In this document: positions 25,061 to 38,819 of the stretch, one piece after another | Position numbering within the stretch: the first letter of the stretch is position 1 | How the letters are laid out: each line of letters begins with the position of its first letter | Assembly: GCF_030144855.1 (NCBI RefSeq) | Contig: NC_082716.1 | Location: 68,758,001 to 68,822,000 of the forward strand | Length of the DNA: 64,000 nucleotides | Reading direction: 5' to 3' | Source of the DNA: Hypanus sabinus | Lineage: Eukaryota | Made by a program: the position numbers and the translations under genes | The notes under the pieces: model-generated | The model's database searches: none | What the model was told of the DNA's origin: nothing | The model's input: only the letters and a program-made list of their open reading frames with translations

Positions 25061-27680
25061 CTTCATGAGTAAATAAATAAAATGGAACAATGATCAATGA
25101 GACTGTGCTTTGGAAAGATACGTAATTAAAATGCTTAAACGGCTAGAAGGTTTAGATATGCACAATATTTTCTAGACTATGATCATTTCAAGTTAATAAC
25201 TTGATGTTTACTTTGAGTTATTTCTGTATGTTATCTCAGAATATATTTCCCCTCCATACTCTGTACATGCTAAACTGAGAGGGCACCGGACAGACAATGA
25301 TGGGCCTTCTTGTTATATTTGGTTCATTGTTTGGAGAGTTTAAAGAAAAATTACACAGATCGTGGTGGGTGCCTGGAATACACTTCCAGAGATGGTAGTG
25401 AACACAGAATAGATAGCGATGTTTCAGACGATCTTAGTTAGACACATGAAAATATAGAGATAAGGTTATTTTATAGACTGAATGGATTACTTTTGTTAAG
25501 TGTTTAATTACTACTTTAATTAGTTTGGCATGACAGTATGGGCCTAATGACCTGTTTCTGTGCTGTACTGTTCTACGTTCTATGACCTTTTTCCCCTCCT
25601 AACACTGAACCCTGTTCGAACTTGAGCATTTGATCAAGCATTGGGGCAGTGCAGCAGATAATTGTACATCTTCTCACATAAATCTGTCAAGGTCCTGCAT
25701 TGCCTTGTCTTCAAACAATACTAAATTACAATTCATACCCAACTGTGGCCATTCTTCCATTTGCAAAAGGGATGTTCTTAGTCAAAATGTTTCAGGAGAC
25801 AAAATTTCCTAATTTTAAAAATGCTGGAAAAATACATGATGGGCATTTTGATATAGTATGTTCCTCTATATAGTGTGGAGTTCCCCTATTTATACATTGA
25901 AAAATAGCTCCATAAATTGAAATGCATACCTCCACAGAATCAATGTGTTATAGCAACAATTCATAAACCTTATGTTTGTACATTAATGTATTCCAATGTA
26001 TGCTGCTGGAACGTGGTGATATGAATCAGACTAGGTCATTCAGACACTTCAGCCAGCATCACATTCAGTCAGATCACCGTTAATCCCTGACTTCAACTGT
26101 ACTTCCTCAACAAATCCCCATGTATTTATGACCAAACTTCTATTGACCTCAGCGCTAAGGCAAATTTCATACTTCCACTCTCCGAACTGAAGAAAGAATT
26201 GCTGTTAGATTGCATTTCAAGATCTCCAGATTTCCCAAAGCACTTCAGAGCCAAAAAGGTATTCAAAGCGCATTCAGCCTAGGAAACACACCATCCCATC
26301 CGTGCACAACAAGCTCCCACAAATGACACAATGATAACAGATAGATAACGAGGTCATCTGGCTTTGCTGGCTCAAACGGGAGGCAGAGGAAGATTGTTAG
26401 TGGGATGAGGTGAGATTCATCACACATTGCTTACTTTTACCAAATTCTTTTACTGCTCTTTACCTTGCCTTTTGTCTTTAAATGTATGAATTACCCCTTG
26501 TCCAACCCTTCATTTTATTTTTGCATTAAGGTGCTGCTGATATACAGAATTATCAGTGTCCTATTGTCTGAGATAATAGCAACCATTGTGCTGTGAGGGT
26601 GATGATATCCCTCTGAGCAGATTATTTTCAGTAATTAATGCAGACAATTACAATGAAACACGTTGCTGCCCAGAGTTGGCACACATAGATTGTAAAGATA
26701 CAAAACCTTAATTGATAAACTGGTATAGAACTTTGGGAAAAGAGCCAAAGATGGCTCACATCTCCAAAGGGAACTAGAGGGAGCATCCCACCGGTTTGGT
26801 TGCAATTTAGGACTTGCCTGTGTCCACACTCCACATAAAAAGGGGATAGCTGGATTATGAGATAGAAAGTTAATCAATTATTGAATTGAATGCATTGGGT
26901 GGGGATTCCTACATGATTAGATGAAATTTTTAGATCCCTTCCAATATTATTCTATTGAGCCAAGGCATCCAATAGGCAAATTGGATTAAATTTGCAGGAA
27001 AACATTTTTACTTTTTTGTTTATCTGCATTAGCCAACACAGAAGCTTCTTATGCAGTCTATAATACTCATTATTCATGATCAGTGCAACAATACCAGCTC
27101 ATAATTACCAAGTCTCACTGCACTAGACAAGGCCTGAGAACACTGAACAACTTCTGGGAAGGTACAAGTTGGAATCTCTCACCCTTCTCTTAAACCACAT
27201 TGCTAACATAATCCAAGATCACTTTTCAATATCAGCACTGTTTTCATTCAGGCAAGCATAGTCACATTTTTTGTTAATCTGTCTCTAGGTAGCTGAGGGA
27301 AGAATGATTGCAAGGGAGCAGAAGGACACATTGGCCTGTTTTTGGTGAGACCTATGAAATCCATCTAAACTAAAGATGGTTTTGTGCTACTGACGAACCA
27401 TTACTCTATACATTCCATTTCACTTAAATACTAAGCAGAATATCTTGGAAATGCACAGGCTGTCTGTGACAGAGAAGAATTTAGTACATCTAATTGAACA
27501 CTGGCATCTACAAAGCTGCCACACCCACCATAACAATGCAACTAGTCAGAAATACATGCTTACGTGTTTGGTGTGGGATTCAAACCCACAGCTCTCTACC
27601 CCAGAGACAAATTGATACACTGAAAGTAGGAGGAAGGAAATCCAACCCAAGCCTCCATTAAGTATGTGTCATTGTCTTAC

Positions 27681-27941
27681 CTGTCCTTCCTGTTCGCCAT
27701 GTGGAAGCAAGTATGGTAAAATACCTAAATGCTTTGACGGTAACATTATAGAGTACTCCGGCTTGTAACCTTGGAAATATTTTTGTAGTGATAAATGAAG
27801 GTGTCACAAAGATGAATGGTAGACTTCTGGTATGATTTGCAATCCTTAGGTCAAGAACATAAGCATTAGCTCTAGGATATGGTGTCCATGATACTTTTAA
27901 CTTGGATGAATCCACTGATGATATTTCTGTGATGGCAAATC
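27681..27941 (-). CDS. FNDC7: FNDC7-like gene, FN3 domain 1 exon
   Basis: 261 nt, tgttcacag acceptor, G|GTAAGA donor, phase 1-1. FN3 pattern LKVSW...Y...LQAGVLYNVTVKA. Confidence 0.92.
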
Positions 27942-28049
27942 CTGTGAACATAGTTAAAAAAACAATTATGCCTTTTCATGTCACAGCTTACACAATTGGT
28001 TACATATCATAAAGCTGATAAACATTGAATCTAATGGATTTTGTTGGGT

Positions 28050-28560
28050 TAAATGTATTATATGATACTTCATTAGGAGTTTGAGGAGATCTGATATGTC
28101 ATAAAAACTCTAGCAAATTTCAAGAGATGTACAGCAGAGGGCATTCTAATTGGTTGCACCTCTCTCTGATATGGAAGTGCCATACACAGGATCATAAAAG
28201 ACTCAGCCAACTCCATCATGGGCACAACTCTCCCCACCTTCGAGGACGTCCTTCATAAGTGGTGCCTTAAGAAGGCATCATCAATCATTAAGGACCACCA
28301 ACATCCAGGATGTAACTTCTTCTCATTACTAGTATCATGGAGGAGGTACAGGAACCTGAAGACCCAGGCTCAATGTCTTAGGAACAGCTGTTTCACCTCC
28401 ACCATCAGACTCCTGAACAGATCAGGAACTGATGAACACAGCCTCGCTATGTCTCTCTTGTAGCATTTTGTATCTTGTAATATGCCTGCACAGCACTGCT
28501 GCCACAAAACAACAAATTCCATGACTTATGTCAATGCAAACAAACCTGTTTCTGATTCCG
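28050..28560 (+). mobile_element. Rex1-type LINE 3' fragment
   Basis: CLKKASSIIKD..HPG..F..L..RRYR..LRNS.F. Confidence 0.75.
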
Positions 28561-29157
28561 CCAAGCAACCACAAAAAGAGATAGTACCTTAATGTAAAAC
28601 CGCAATATTTTAAACTATCTAACTTTAATGTTTGTTGAGTTCACTTTTTTACTAAGCTCTTTTTTTACTTTGACTTCTGAAATAAAACAAAGTCCCTCTA
28701 TGGATCATTCATCTGTATGCTTCTTAGCATGATGTTTCATTCTCCGATATTCCACCACTTCACCAGGGATCATTTTTAATTGTTAGAAGCCTTTTCATAT
28801 TTGTGCTTTTGGTTACTTTACAAAATATAGCTATTTCACTCAATCTCATTTCAACTTATAAACAGAGATTATACAATCTTTTGATATGGTTAAGCATGGG
28901 GCCCCACAAGAAGATAATTGGTATGTATTGTCTGTAACTGCTTTGAATATTTATGATTGAAAACACCAACATTGACCAAACAATTTGAAATTACATTATT
29001 TAAGATTTTTAAAGAGACTTTGTAAATATTGGACTTGTAAAGACCTTTGGCTTTCTCGTCTATATGCCTTACGAATGTGATCTTGAATGTCACTTCAGTC
29101 AGCCAACCAAAAAGTTTTGATATAATTTGTTTTAAAATAAAGTTAGGAAATCATGAA

Positions 29158-29488
29158 CACTCAAAGGCCACTTCATTTGCTACCTCCTGATTCTAACAAA
29201 GTGACCACTGAATGTATGCTCTCAGTCTTCTGTTTCTGAAGCCTGAAGAATATCCTGGGAGATCAGACACACTCAAACCACCCCATTTGGCATTAACAAT
29301 CATTCCGAGGTCAAAGTCATCTAGATTACACTTCCTCCCCATCTTGATGTTTGGTCTGAACAACGCAACCTCTTGACCATGTCTGCATGCTTTTATGCAT
29401 TGAGTTGCTGCTACATGATTGGCTGATTAGATATTTGCATTAAGGAGCAGGTGTACAGATGTATCAAATGAAGTGGCCATTGGCTGTA
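29158..29488. mobile_element. Non-autonomous Tc1-like element
   Basis: Degenerate inverted ends cactcaaaggccacttcatt / aatgaagtggccattggctgta, with an internal repeat of the end motif. Confidence 0.55.
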
Positions 29489-30149
29489 CAGTCACCTGCT
29501 CCCTTAAAAGGTATGAAGTGCCCAATACTCAGTAACCCTCCTAAGCTAAGTCCAGGCCTAGGGACAGAAACATGGGAAGAGGAAGAGTGATCAGTGTGCA
29601 GCTGCAAAAACTTGGAAATCTGAAATAAAGACATAACTACATAAAACAATAATGAGCTTCCCTTTTTTTAATTTATTTTTTGGCAGCAAGTTTGAAAGCC
29701 ACTGTTTAAACATTGCTGTGCCGAAAACATGCTCCTTCACCACCTTCCGCAAACAGAAATAATTGCCATGCAAAAGCAATAGATCTGGGACATTGAATTG
29801 TTGGGGTACAGATTCAACGGGGCACCTGACATAAGAGCAGCTTATATAAAAAGAACATCTAAAAACACATTATCACGACCTGGATAGCTGTGGATAACTT
29901 AAATTTCCTTGAGTCTAAAAGTCAGGAACTGCGATTCCCTCCATGTCACAAAATAAAGAGAGATCTTTTTTTGTAAATTTGGTGCAGTATGGTAATTAAG
30001 ATTTTATTTGCATTTCTCGTTTTAAAACTGGCGGTTTTAACTAAAGTGTTCAAGAGCAATTCGCGTGAGGTACTTTTCCCTCCAGAATTTACACCAGTGA
30101 CACCGTTTACTATTAAACATTTAGCTCGTTTGATTTCTTTTTTTTTAAA

Positions 30150-30535
30150 CTTTTTTTTATTGCATTTTTAAATGATTACAAAGTATGAAAAAACAATGTA
30201 TATAACCCCTACCCCCTCCCTTTAACCCCTCCCCCCTAACTGCCCTATAGAAAAAAAGAAAGAAAGAAAGAATGCCTGGTTGTTGGAAGATCTCCACATG
30301 CTCCATGGAATTCGTAACAACTTTAATATGTATATTTATTTCTTTCCCCTAATAACCAATTGTTTCATCTTCAGAGCATCTATATATTTAATCCTGTCTT
30401 TTGTAAATAAGGGCTCCAAATTTTCAGAAATGTTTCGTATTTATCTCTTAAATTATAAGTAATTTTTTCTAATGGAATACAACCATAGATTTCTTTCTTC
30501 CAAGAATCTATACTTAAATGTGTATACTTTTCACA
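30150..30535 (-). mobile_element. L1/Tx1-clade LINE 3' end
   Basis: SW..EI..CIPLEKITY....F.KIWSPY ORF2 C-terminus, followed by AATAAA and an A-rich tail. Confidence 0.75.
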
Positions 30536-32019
30536 AACAGCTCCAACTTCCTTAAAAATCACATGCACTTAAGTTGGACAGTAGGTGGCAATAAAGGATT
30601 AAAAAGCCACCTAACATTTACCCCCAATTTGGTTCAAACGTTTAGTTCGTGAATTTATAGTGTTATAAATCCAGTTAGAGTCGGATTTGGTAGGCTCGTT
30701 AATGGCACTGAAACTCGGGGAATTGTTGCAGATTGCTGGATTGTAACTTTCCTATCAGTGTGTGTTGAACATAATTTACGGATCTCTGAACAAAAGGCAA
30801 TTTAAACAATAATACAATTACCAAGTGGGAAATTGTATTATCCATGACGCAAATATTCGGGGATTATTAACTGGCAGTGTTAACTTCGCCACCGTGTATT
30901 TCAAAACAATCTGCTTAACCATTAATGCAGCATGTAAACATTTTGTGGGGCTGATTTTCTTCATCCATTTCCCTACTCGTTTGTGTTTTAATGTGGGGAC
31001 GAAGGAGAGAGGGTCCGAAATATTCTTGGTATCCAAGACTACAAACAAAATTAATTTTAATAGGTTCTGAAATGTAATTACGCTGTTCAAATTATCAATT
31101 GGATAAAACAGCATTTGTCCGGTCTTCGTGTATCATAAGGAATTAGAGTAAATTAGTGAACGAACTTGAAAATATGATAAAATATTTACCATATATAAAA
31201 TGTTAACTAAATATCCGTGTGAAAAGTCGTTTAAAAGTTAAACCATATCTGATTTAACAATTTCATCTATAGATATTTAATAATGCGCATGATGCTGTCG
31301 ACGGGTATGTTCTAGAGAAAAAGTAAAATATAGATTTAACTACGAATTAGTTAAAAAAAAAAGGTAACTATGTTTTTTAGATTTATGTTGAAGTGGGATT
31401 CCCAGCCTGGGGTTTACGAACCCCTGGTTCATGGTAGGTGTCCAAGGTCGGGAACCCCGTCCTTCACCTGAGATGTTAACTGAGTTGAATCTTCCCCAAC
31501 GTCTTCTGATTTTTTAAAAAATTCACTTTTCAGGGCACTAGCCAGTTAGCCTTCCAGCGGTTACTTTGGGACAACCTAATATCAGCTCGATCGGTTTACT
31601 TAAAGTAGGCGACAGATTTTGTTAAACACGTTTTGGCTGAAGCTTCATGAGATTTATTCCAAGTGTTTGTAGGCATTTCCGAGTTAAATTCTGAACATGG
31701 CTCCTTAGAGTCAGTGATACTGAGAAGTTCGAAGTACATTTACAGAAAGCAAAAGATATTTGAACGCAATAGGAAGACTGGGGTATTTGAAGATTTTGAA
31801 AGAGCCAGGATGTTTAAAACAAGATGAACTGGTGCATTGGGGTTTGTACTCAATGGATAGGTACTCGCACTGTAATTAAAACCAAGACAGCTGCCGAAAA
31901 TCACTCTGTCCCAGTGACCCTAAATCCCAGTGTTGGCTAAAGGGAAGTAAATCTATGTAGCGGTCTAAAGTTTTACTTTTCCATTCTATGAAGAAGTTGT
32001 ATTAGATATTGTAACTTAC

Positions 32020-32038
32020 CGGAATGGCAATACGATAC
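32020..32038 (-). CDS. FNDC7: FNDC7-like gene, 19-nt micro-exon (VSYCHS-G, end of signal peptide)
   Basis: Strong acceptor ctcttttcctctttctgcag and donor GTAAGT. Phase 0 in and phase 1 out, exactly bridging exon 1 to the first FN3 exon (G+GA = Gly). Confidence 0.85.
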
Positions 32039-32144
32039 CTGCAGAAAGAGGAAAAGAGTGGTTTTAAATTATTCTACCCTTTAGCAATTACAACAGGCAT
32101 TCTCTAAATGTTAGCTGAAAAAAACCAATCAGTAAACTGTTTAC

Positions 32145-32198
32145 CTGATAGAGAGTTGTTAATATTAAGCATATTCTCAATGAATTTACAATCTCCAT
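32145..32198 (-). CDS. FNDC7: FNDC7-like gene, coding exon 1 (signal peptide MEIVNSLRICLILTTLYQ)
   Basis: ATG at 32198 in GCAATGG context, with an in-frame TAA 10-12 nt upstream. 18 codons with a hydrophobic core end at CAG|GTAAAC (phase 0). A 106-nt intron leads to the micro-exon. Confidence 0.8.
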
Positions 32199-32443
32199 TG
32201 CATTTCTTTACATGGAGTGGCTGGGATGACAGGTCTTGGAATGCAAATAAACCCCCAAAGGACAAGATGATTCTTTTGAAGTGTTTGGAGAAGGAAACTA
32301 TCACCAGCACATTCTCCAGGAACCAATCAGGCAGTCAGAAAACATCCTTGGGATCCACCTCTTTAGAAACTCTCTATCCAAAACCAATTTACCGCAAATA
32401 ATTTCTATCCGGCATTAACTCTGCAGATATTCATTTGACAACA

Positions 32444-32451
32444 TTTATATA
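32444..32451 (-). promoter_or_regulatory. Candidate TATA box of the FNDC7-like gene
   Basis: TATATAAA on the minus strand about 250 nt upstream of the ATG; would place the TSS near 32420. Confidence 0.4.
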
Positions 32452-35400
32452 TTCAGGTACTTGCTTTGCCTGTATTTATTAACACCTTTCCTGTCTCTCT
32501 TCAAACAGAAAGTCACCAATCCAGGGTTAAGGTAATGAAGAGAAATTTGAGACTAGACTATTTTACAGGATGCCTGAAGTTCAGGGATGACGATTAAAGC
32601 AGAATTGGACAATAAATGGGGCTCAAGCTAAAGCAAAAGCAATCTGCTGGAAGAACTCAGTAGATCAAGCAGTTGGGCAGAGAGAAAGAAAGTTCATTTC
32701 ATCTCTCTCTATTCAACGGCCCGATTTAACCCATCTGGACAAGCCCAGCCTCACTATCAGAAGAATTCCTTGTCCTTTATATTCCTTTCCCTAACCAGAT
32801 TGCAACTTAAAATTAAAATGTTTTTTCTCTTCCCTTGTTCTGACAAAGGGTCTTCAAGCTGAAATGTTTCCACAGATACTGAGCATTTCCAACTTCTATT
32901 TTCTGCTTCAGATTTCCATCTCCTATTTTAACCCTTGGACATCACTGTAAGTGTTTCTTATGGCAGGCTACTCCAACCATCTTCAGCTTAATGACTTGCC
33001 TTCCACTAAGGTCAGATCAGTGATTGATTGCATTCACTCTACATTATTAAAATCCATTTACATCCATTTACATCCATTAGATGTAGTAGTAGTCATGTGG
33101 ATAAAGGCAGACCTGGGTTGATGTATGGTCAATAACGTGCATGATCTGAAAGAACCAAAAAATAGCCATAGGAGAGAGTCTGACACCTTCCCTTCGATGG
33201 CCATTGCCATTACCATTTCTGAATTCCACCACTATTAACCTTCAGGGGGTCCATATTGATTTTAAAAAAATTCAACTGGACCAGCCACATGGCTCCAAGA
33301 GCAGATCACTGCTGTATAATTCACTTCCTGATACTTAAAACAAACTTCTACGTAGTTCTCCAGTCAAAGTTATTATGGGGTGTTCTCCATTTGCCTTGAC
33401 TAGTGCAGCTCCAGCAACACTCATGAAACTCAACACTCAGCAGAAACAGAAAATGTTGGAAATGCTCAGCTGGTCGTGAGTCATCCGAGGAAGGTGAAAC
33501 AAGGTTAATATTTCACATTGAAGACTATTTGTCAGAACTGGGGAGAAGAAAAAACATCCATTACTGACACAACATATTTGTAATGTGTACCACCTAAAAG
33601 TTACAACACAGCAACTTACAGAGACTTTATCAGCAGCACCTCTTAGACCTGTTCCCAATACTATCTGGAAGAAAAACAACGGTATTGACAACTGCAATTT
33701 TCCCTTAAACTCATACATTGTCCTTACATGGAAATACATCTTCGTACTTCATCATCATTCAGCCCAACTATTGGATCTTTCCACTCTGCAGTTCCAGAAG
33801 ATGATTCATCACTGTCATCTCAGGGATGAGCAATAAATATCTATCAGCTGAAGCTCACATCCCAAAGAGAAGTATTAAAACATCTTTGTAACCTCATCCA
33901 TTTAGCAATGTCAATTGAAAAGTTCAAAGTGAGTGGTAGGTTTTAATTTTGTAAGAGTGAGGAATCAAATGTAGTGAGGTTGCAAATGGTAAGTGGGCCT
34001 ATTAGGTGGTAGAACAGGTTTAGGAGGCTGAATGGCCTCTTCCTGTACTTTAGATTCCAGTGATAGATTGCTTCTGTTAGACAGAAAGGCACCAATGAAT
34101 GAGCACATTGGAAATGACAGACAGGTATGTACACCAAGAGTTCAGAATGTGCCACAAATTGCTTAACTTGGATTCAATATATTTTAAAGTTGTTTGTGAA
34201 AGACTGAATATTGGAAACTTTACTAAACAAGAGGAACTAGAGATAGAGTAAATATGGGAATTGCCTAAATGGGATAAGTTGCCCTTCTCTATGTTGTAAC
34301 ATTTTACACTGATAAGTGCAACAATATTGTTAACATCTTCCAATTATGTAAATACCAAGGCTCCAAAACTGACTTCTGTTGCTCGGTCACATTGTACTAT
34401 CCTTGTCTTTAGGCAGTAAAGTTATAGGAAAAACATACAAACACTAAGGTTTTGTGAGATGGGAAAACAGATAGTGGCAATGATTTTGTTTTTCTTTTCA
34501 GGCATTCTATGTTTAATTTTTTTCCCTCCTTTGTCACTATTTTGCTACCCCTAGTGGTCCCCTTGCTTAATACACTCTTCATCTAATATTTTTATTGCCC
34601 TTACTTCCCCCTTCCTGGTTTTTAAAAATACTTTCAAATGCACCAAATTGACTCAGTTAATAGCATATCCATCTCTGATCAAAGATACAACACTAAAATG
34701 TGAATGTATTATGGACATGTAAATTTTATAGCACAGCATTGAAGGAGTATAACATTTTAAGAGGATAGCTCTGGGAATTCTGATTTATTCCATTGAACTA
34801 TATGAAGTAGAGCAATACAATCTGTCTTCCTCAATTAATTGTTCCACAAAACAATTAGCTGCTATGCAACTTTATTTGTGTTTATTGAAAGAGAATGAGT
34901 GAATTTGACAAACTTGTAAAATTATCAGTTGGTTTCATAGTCACCCTGACCAACTCTAGGTTTTGTTTTCAGATTTATTTAATTAGCTTAACGCAAGTTC
35001 TCCAGAACTGCAGTAATCCCCTTTGAAACCATCATCTACATCCAGCACTACTTGGCTCATTCCAATAGACAATGCCTTGATGCATGTAACAAAGCATCTC
35101 TTCCTTTACATTTCTTACAGAGTCTTTCCAATAATCCATTTCTCTTTGCTTAGTTACAGCCTAGGAGGTAACTGCAGCACATTTTAGATGCAACTGGCAC
35201 CATAGGGAATTACTCTTTAGGGTGATGGATTGATCGCCAATCAAGTCAGTTTATTTGTCCAAGATGGTGTCAAGTTTCTTCAGTCTTATTAGACCTACAT
35301 TCATCCAGAGAAATGGAGAGTGTCTACCACAAACTTAATCTCCCTTGTGAATGGTGGAAAGGGTACCCATCTTCTAGTAAATGATGGAATGGATACTCAT

Positions 35401-35751
35401 TCTCCGGTAATGTCAACATTTATGTGACTTGTCTAATTGAGTTTCTGGTCCATGGTGACAGCCACAATTTTGAGAACAGAGGACTTGGTGATACTCATGC
35501 TGAGTGATGGAGCGGTGGAACAGGGTCAAGAAGCAAAATGTGGTCTCATTCTGAAATGTTTCTTATGTTTCCAAAGTTTTTTTGATGAATACCAACAATT
35601 CATTTTAATGTGTTAAATTGGTTATTGCACCAAATATGGTTCAGATGAGCTCAGTTTTCACTTGTTCACATTCCTTATTTTATTATGAACTCTAGTTGTT
35701 TTCATGGATGGACATATCCCTTTGTATCCATCCTGAAAAATATTCATGTGA

Positions 35752-36382
35752 ATCATGTTTATTATCACCGGCGTGTGTCCTGAACTTTTTTAACTTAGCA
35801 GCTGCAGCTCAATGCATCCATAATATAGATGAAGGGAAATAAATAAATAACTAAATAAATCAATTTCAGTACAGGTAGATTGAATAGATTAAAAATCATG
35901 CAAAAAACAGAAATAATATATATTAAAAAAAGTGAGGTAGTGTGCACTTCAGATAGCAGAGGGGAAGAAGCTGTTCCTGAATCGCTGAGTGTGTGCCTTC
36001 AGGCTTCTGTACCTCCTACCTGATGGTAACAGTGAGAAAAGGGCATGCTCTGGGTGCTGGAGGTCCTTAATAATGGATGCTACCTTTCTGAGACACCACT
36101 CCTTGAAGATGTCCTAGGTACTTTGCAGACTAGTACCCAAGATGTAGCAGACTAAATTTACAACCTTCTGCAGCTTCTTTCAGTCCTGTGCAGTAGCGCC
36201 CCCCCCCCACTCCCATACCAGACAGTGATGCAGCGTGTCAGAATGTATTTGAATGTATTTGTTGACATACCAAATCTCTTCAAACACCTAATGAAGTATA
36301 GTCACTGTCTTGCCTTCTTTATAACTGCATCGATATGTTGGGACCAGGTTAGATCCTCAGAGATCTTGACACCCAGGAACTT
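35752..36382 (-). mobile_element. Rex1-type LINE 3' fragment, same family as 4338-6060
   Basis: Clear nucleotide similarity to 4365-5055; FLGVKISEDLTWSQHID. Confidence 0.85.
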
Positions 36383-36836
36383 ATCTTCATCATTTTTCTG
36401 TTCACTGTGAGGCATAACAAGATACATTTGTGGCTTAAGGTATCTCTGGAATGGAAAAAGTGAAGTTATGCTTATTTTGAGTGACCTATGGGTTGGTTGA
36501 GAGGAAACAGAACAGGGAAAAACCAAGGTGCACTAGTGCTGTAGTCATCTGTGTAAAAAAAAGACTGCACTAATCAGCACTGTTGGCACAACACCACCCA
36601 AAATATCCCCCTTTTTAATAGTGCAATAGGTATGCATCACTGGAACATTTCTTAGCCCACAGTCCATCACTGACCTAAGAAAAATTATACCTGTTTTGCA
36701 GATTTGCTGTTTGTTGTCAAGTGGCAACAGACAGACAGAGGTATGATTAAAGGCCAACTTCTTGGGATTAATTGCTTAATAAAATCTGCTGTGGAAGAAT
36801 CTAGTTTATATTGACTGGCAAGTATTGTAACAAGTA

Positions 36837-37340
36837 GGATTTCCCAGTGGTCAACCATTTTAATTTCAATCCCCATTCCAACATGTTTGCCCATGGCCTC
36901 TTGTATTGCCCTATGAGGGCACTCTCAGGTTGGAGGAGCAACACCTCATGTTCTGTCTGGGTAGCCTCCAACCTTCCACTTCACTCTTCTTCCATTTCCC
37001 ATTCTGGCTCCCCTCCTCACCTCCCCATCACCTTCCCCTCCTTTCCTTTCTCCTCTAGCTCACCCTCTTCTCCTATCAGATTCCTTATTCTTCAGCTTGT
37101 TACCTTTTTCATCTTTCACCTCGCAGCTCCTCACTTCATCCCTTGACCCCACCCACCTGTCTTCACCTACTGCCTGTCCTTCTTCCTCTCCCCCCACCTT
37201 CTTATTCTGGCTTTCTCCCCCTTCCTTTCCAGTCCTGTTGACAGTCTCAGCCGATTATTTATCCCTTTCCATAGATTCCGCCTGAACTGCTGAGCTCCCC
37301 CAGCAATTTGTGTGATTTCCAGCATCAACAGAATATCTTG
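36837..37340 (+). mobile_element. Penelope-like fragment
   Basis: GIY-YIG C-terminal remnant plus the pyrimidine-rich terminus shared with other copies. Confidence 0.7.
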
Positions 37341-38819
37341 TGTTATCTAGCTTTTTGTTATTTTCTTTCAATCTGGGAAGTGCATCAATGACTCAGTCAT
37401 TGAGCATGTTTTCTATGTACCCTGAGGGATATAGAACAGGGCATATCGCTCCACTTCAATCTCCAGTCACACCACAAACATTTTCATCACATTTATCTCA
37501 GCCCATGGCAGTCAACTCATTCACAGACATCATCTGAATTTGCTCTAACATGAGATTTTGTCCATACAGACATAACTACATCCACCAATTTCCACCTCAA
37601 ATTTTTTTCTTCCTCTTCCTCAAATTATTTACTGCTAAAATTCATATCCACACCTTTTCTCTCATCATCCCTGTCTTAAACTTGTTTGTCTAATAATCCA
37701 CTCCTAGTGTCCTAACTTGCATCAGATTCACTTCACCAATTACCAATTTGCTTTATGACCTACAGTAATCCTTGCTCCAGCATCACTTTTAGTGATAACA
37801 TTACAAAAGGCTTGCCACAACATCGGTAACATTTGACTCTCCAATACGACTCTGTTCATCCTATTCTGGCTCCTCGAGTTTTGTCATTACTATCTGTACC
37901 TCCATCTACCGCTCCCTCATCAACTGAGTTTTCCCTTCCTGCTGGTCCCTTGCTCTTTCCTCGTTTAAGCAATTCTTAAGAATCTAACTCTTTATTTCAC
38001 CTTAATCTCTCAGTGTCAGGTTATAGTCGGTGCTATAGAAATGCAGATTGTGATTGTGGTTTGAATGCACAGAATTTATATATTTGAAGTATATTATGTC
38101 TGCCCCAGAACCGAACAGCTGGAGCAGGGAAACTGCTATAATTTTACACTAAGGTTGGTCAAACTAGTAAGAGTATGTTAAACTGATGGTGAAAAGCAAA
38201 GTCAAAATACACTTATGATGGTAATTCCCCCTCAGAACCCACTTGGAATTTTCAACAGTTCCTAACTGCTACTCCTGAAGTTAGCTGCCAGCAATGACAT
38301 CTCTGCCATATACAGAGAATGTGTGACATCTGAAGACACAGTGCCTGTATATCACATGAATAAAACTGACACAATGCACATAATTATATAGACTATGCAG
38401 CACAGAAACTGATTATTTGGTCCTTGTGGCCTGTGCAAGTAAGACAAGCTTGATATTCATTATACCATTGATGTGATCACCAGATATTTGATGAACTGAC
38501 CTATTTTTCCTTGTTATCTAATTAAGTTTTCTCTTTACATATAACTTAAGGCTGAGTTTCTGAAAGGCTCAATTCTGCAAAGGATGAGCTGAATTTCATA
38601 ATGCTCCAATTTGCTACTTCCCTAAGCAATTAGTAATACACATTCAGTAGTCTGATGTAAAAGCATGAGATTCAAAGTCAAAAGTGTCGTTTAACCCAAG
38701 GAGAAGCAAATTAAGGAGTGAACACACTAGAAAGGCACAAACAAAATGAGTGAGTTACAGGGTGGGCTTTCTGCTTTATCACTTTCATTGTTTGGTTATC
38801 CAAGCATGCAGCTCTTATT

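Noticed and set aside
31535-31620. Vault-RNA-like string TAGC..CAGCGGTTACTT followed later by TTTT
   Set aside because: No convincing B-box and no 5'/3' terminal pairing.
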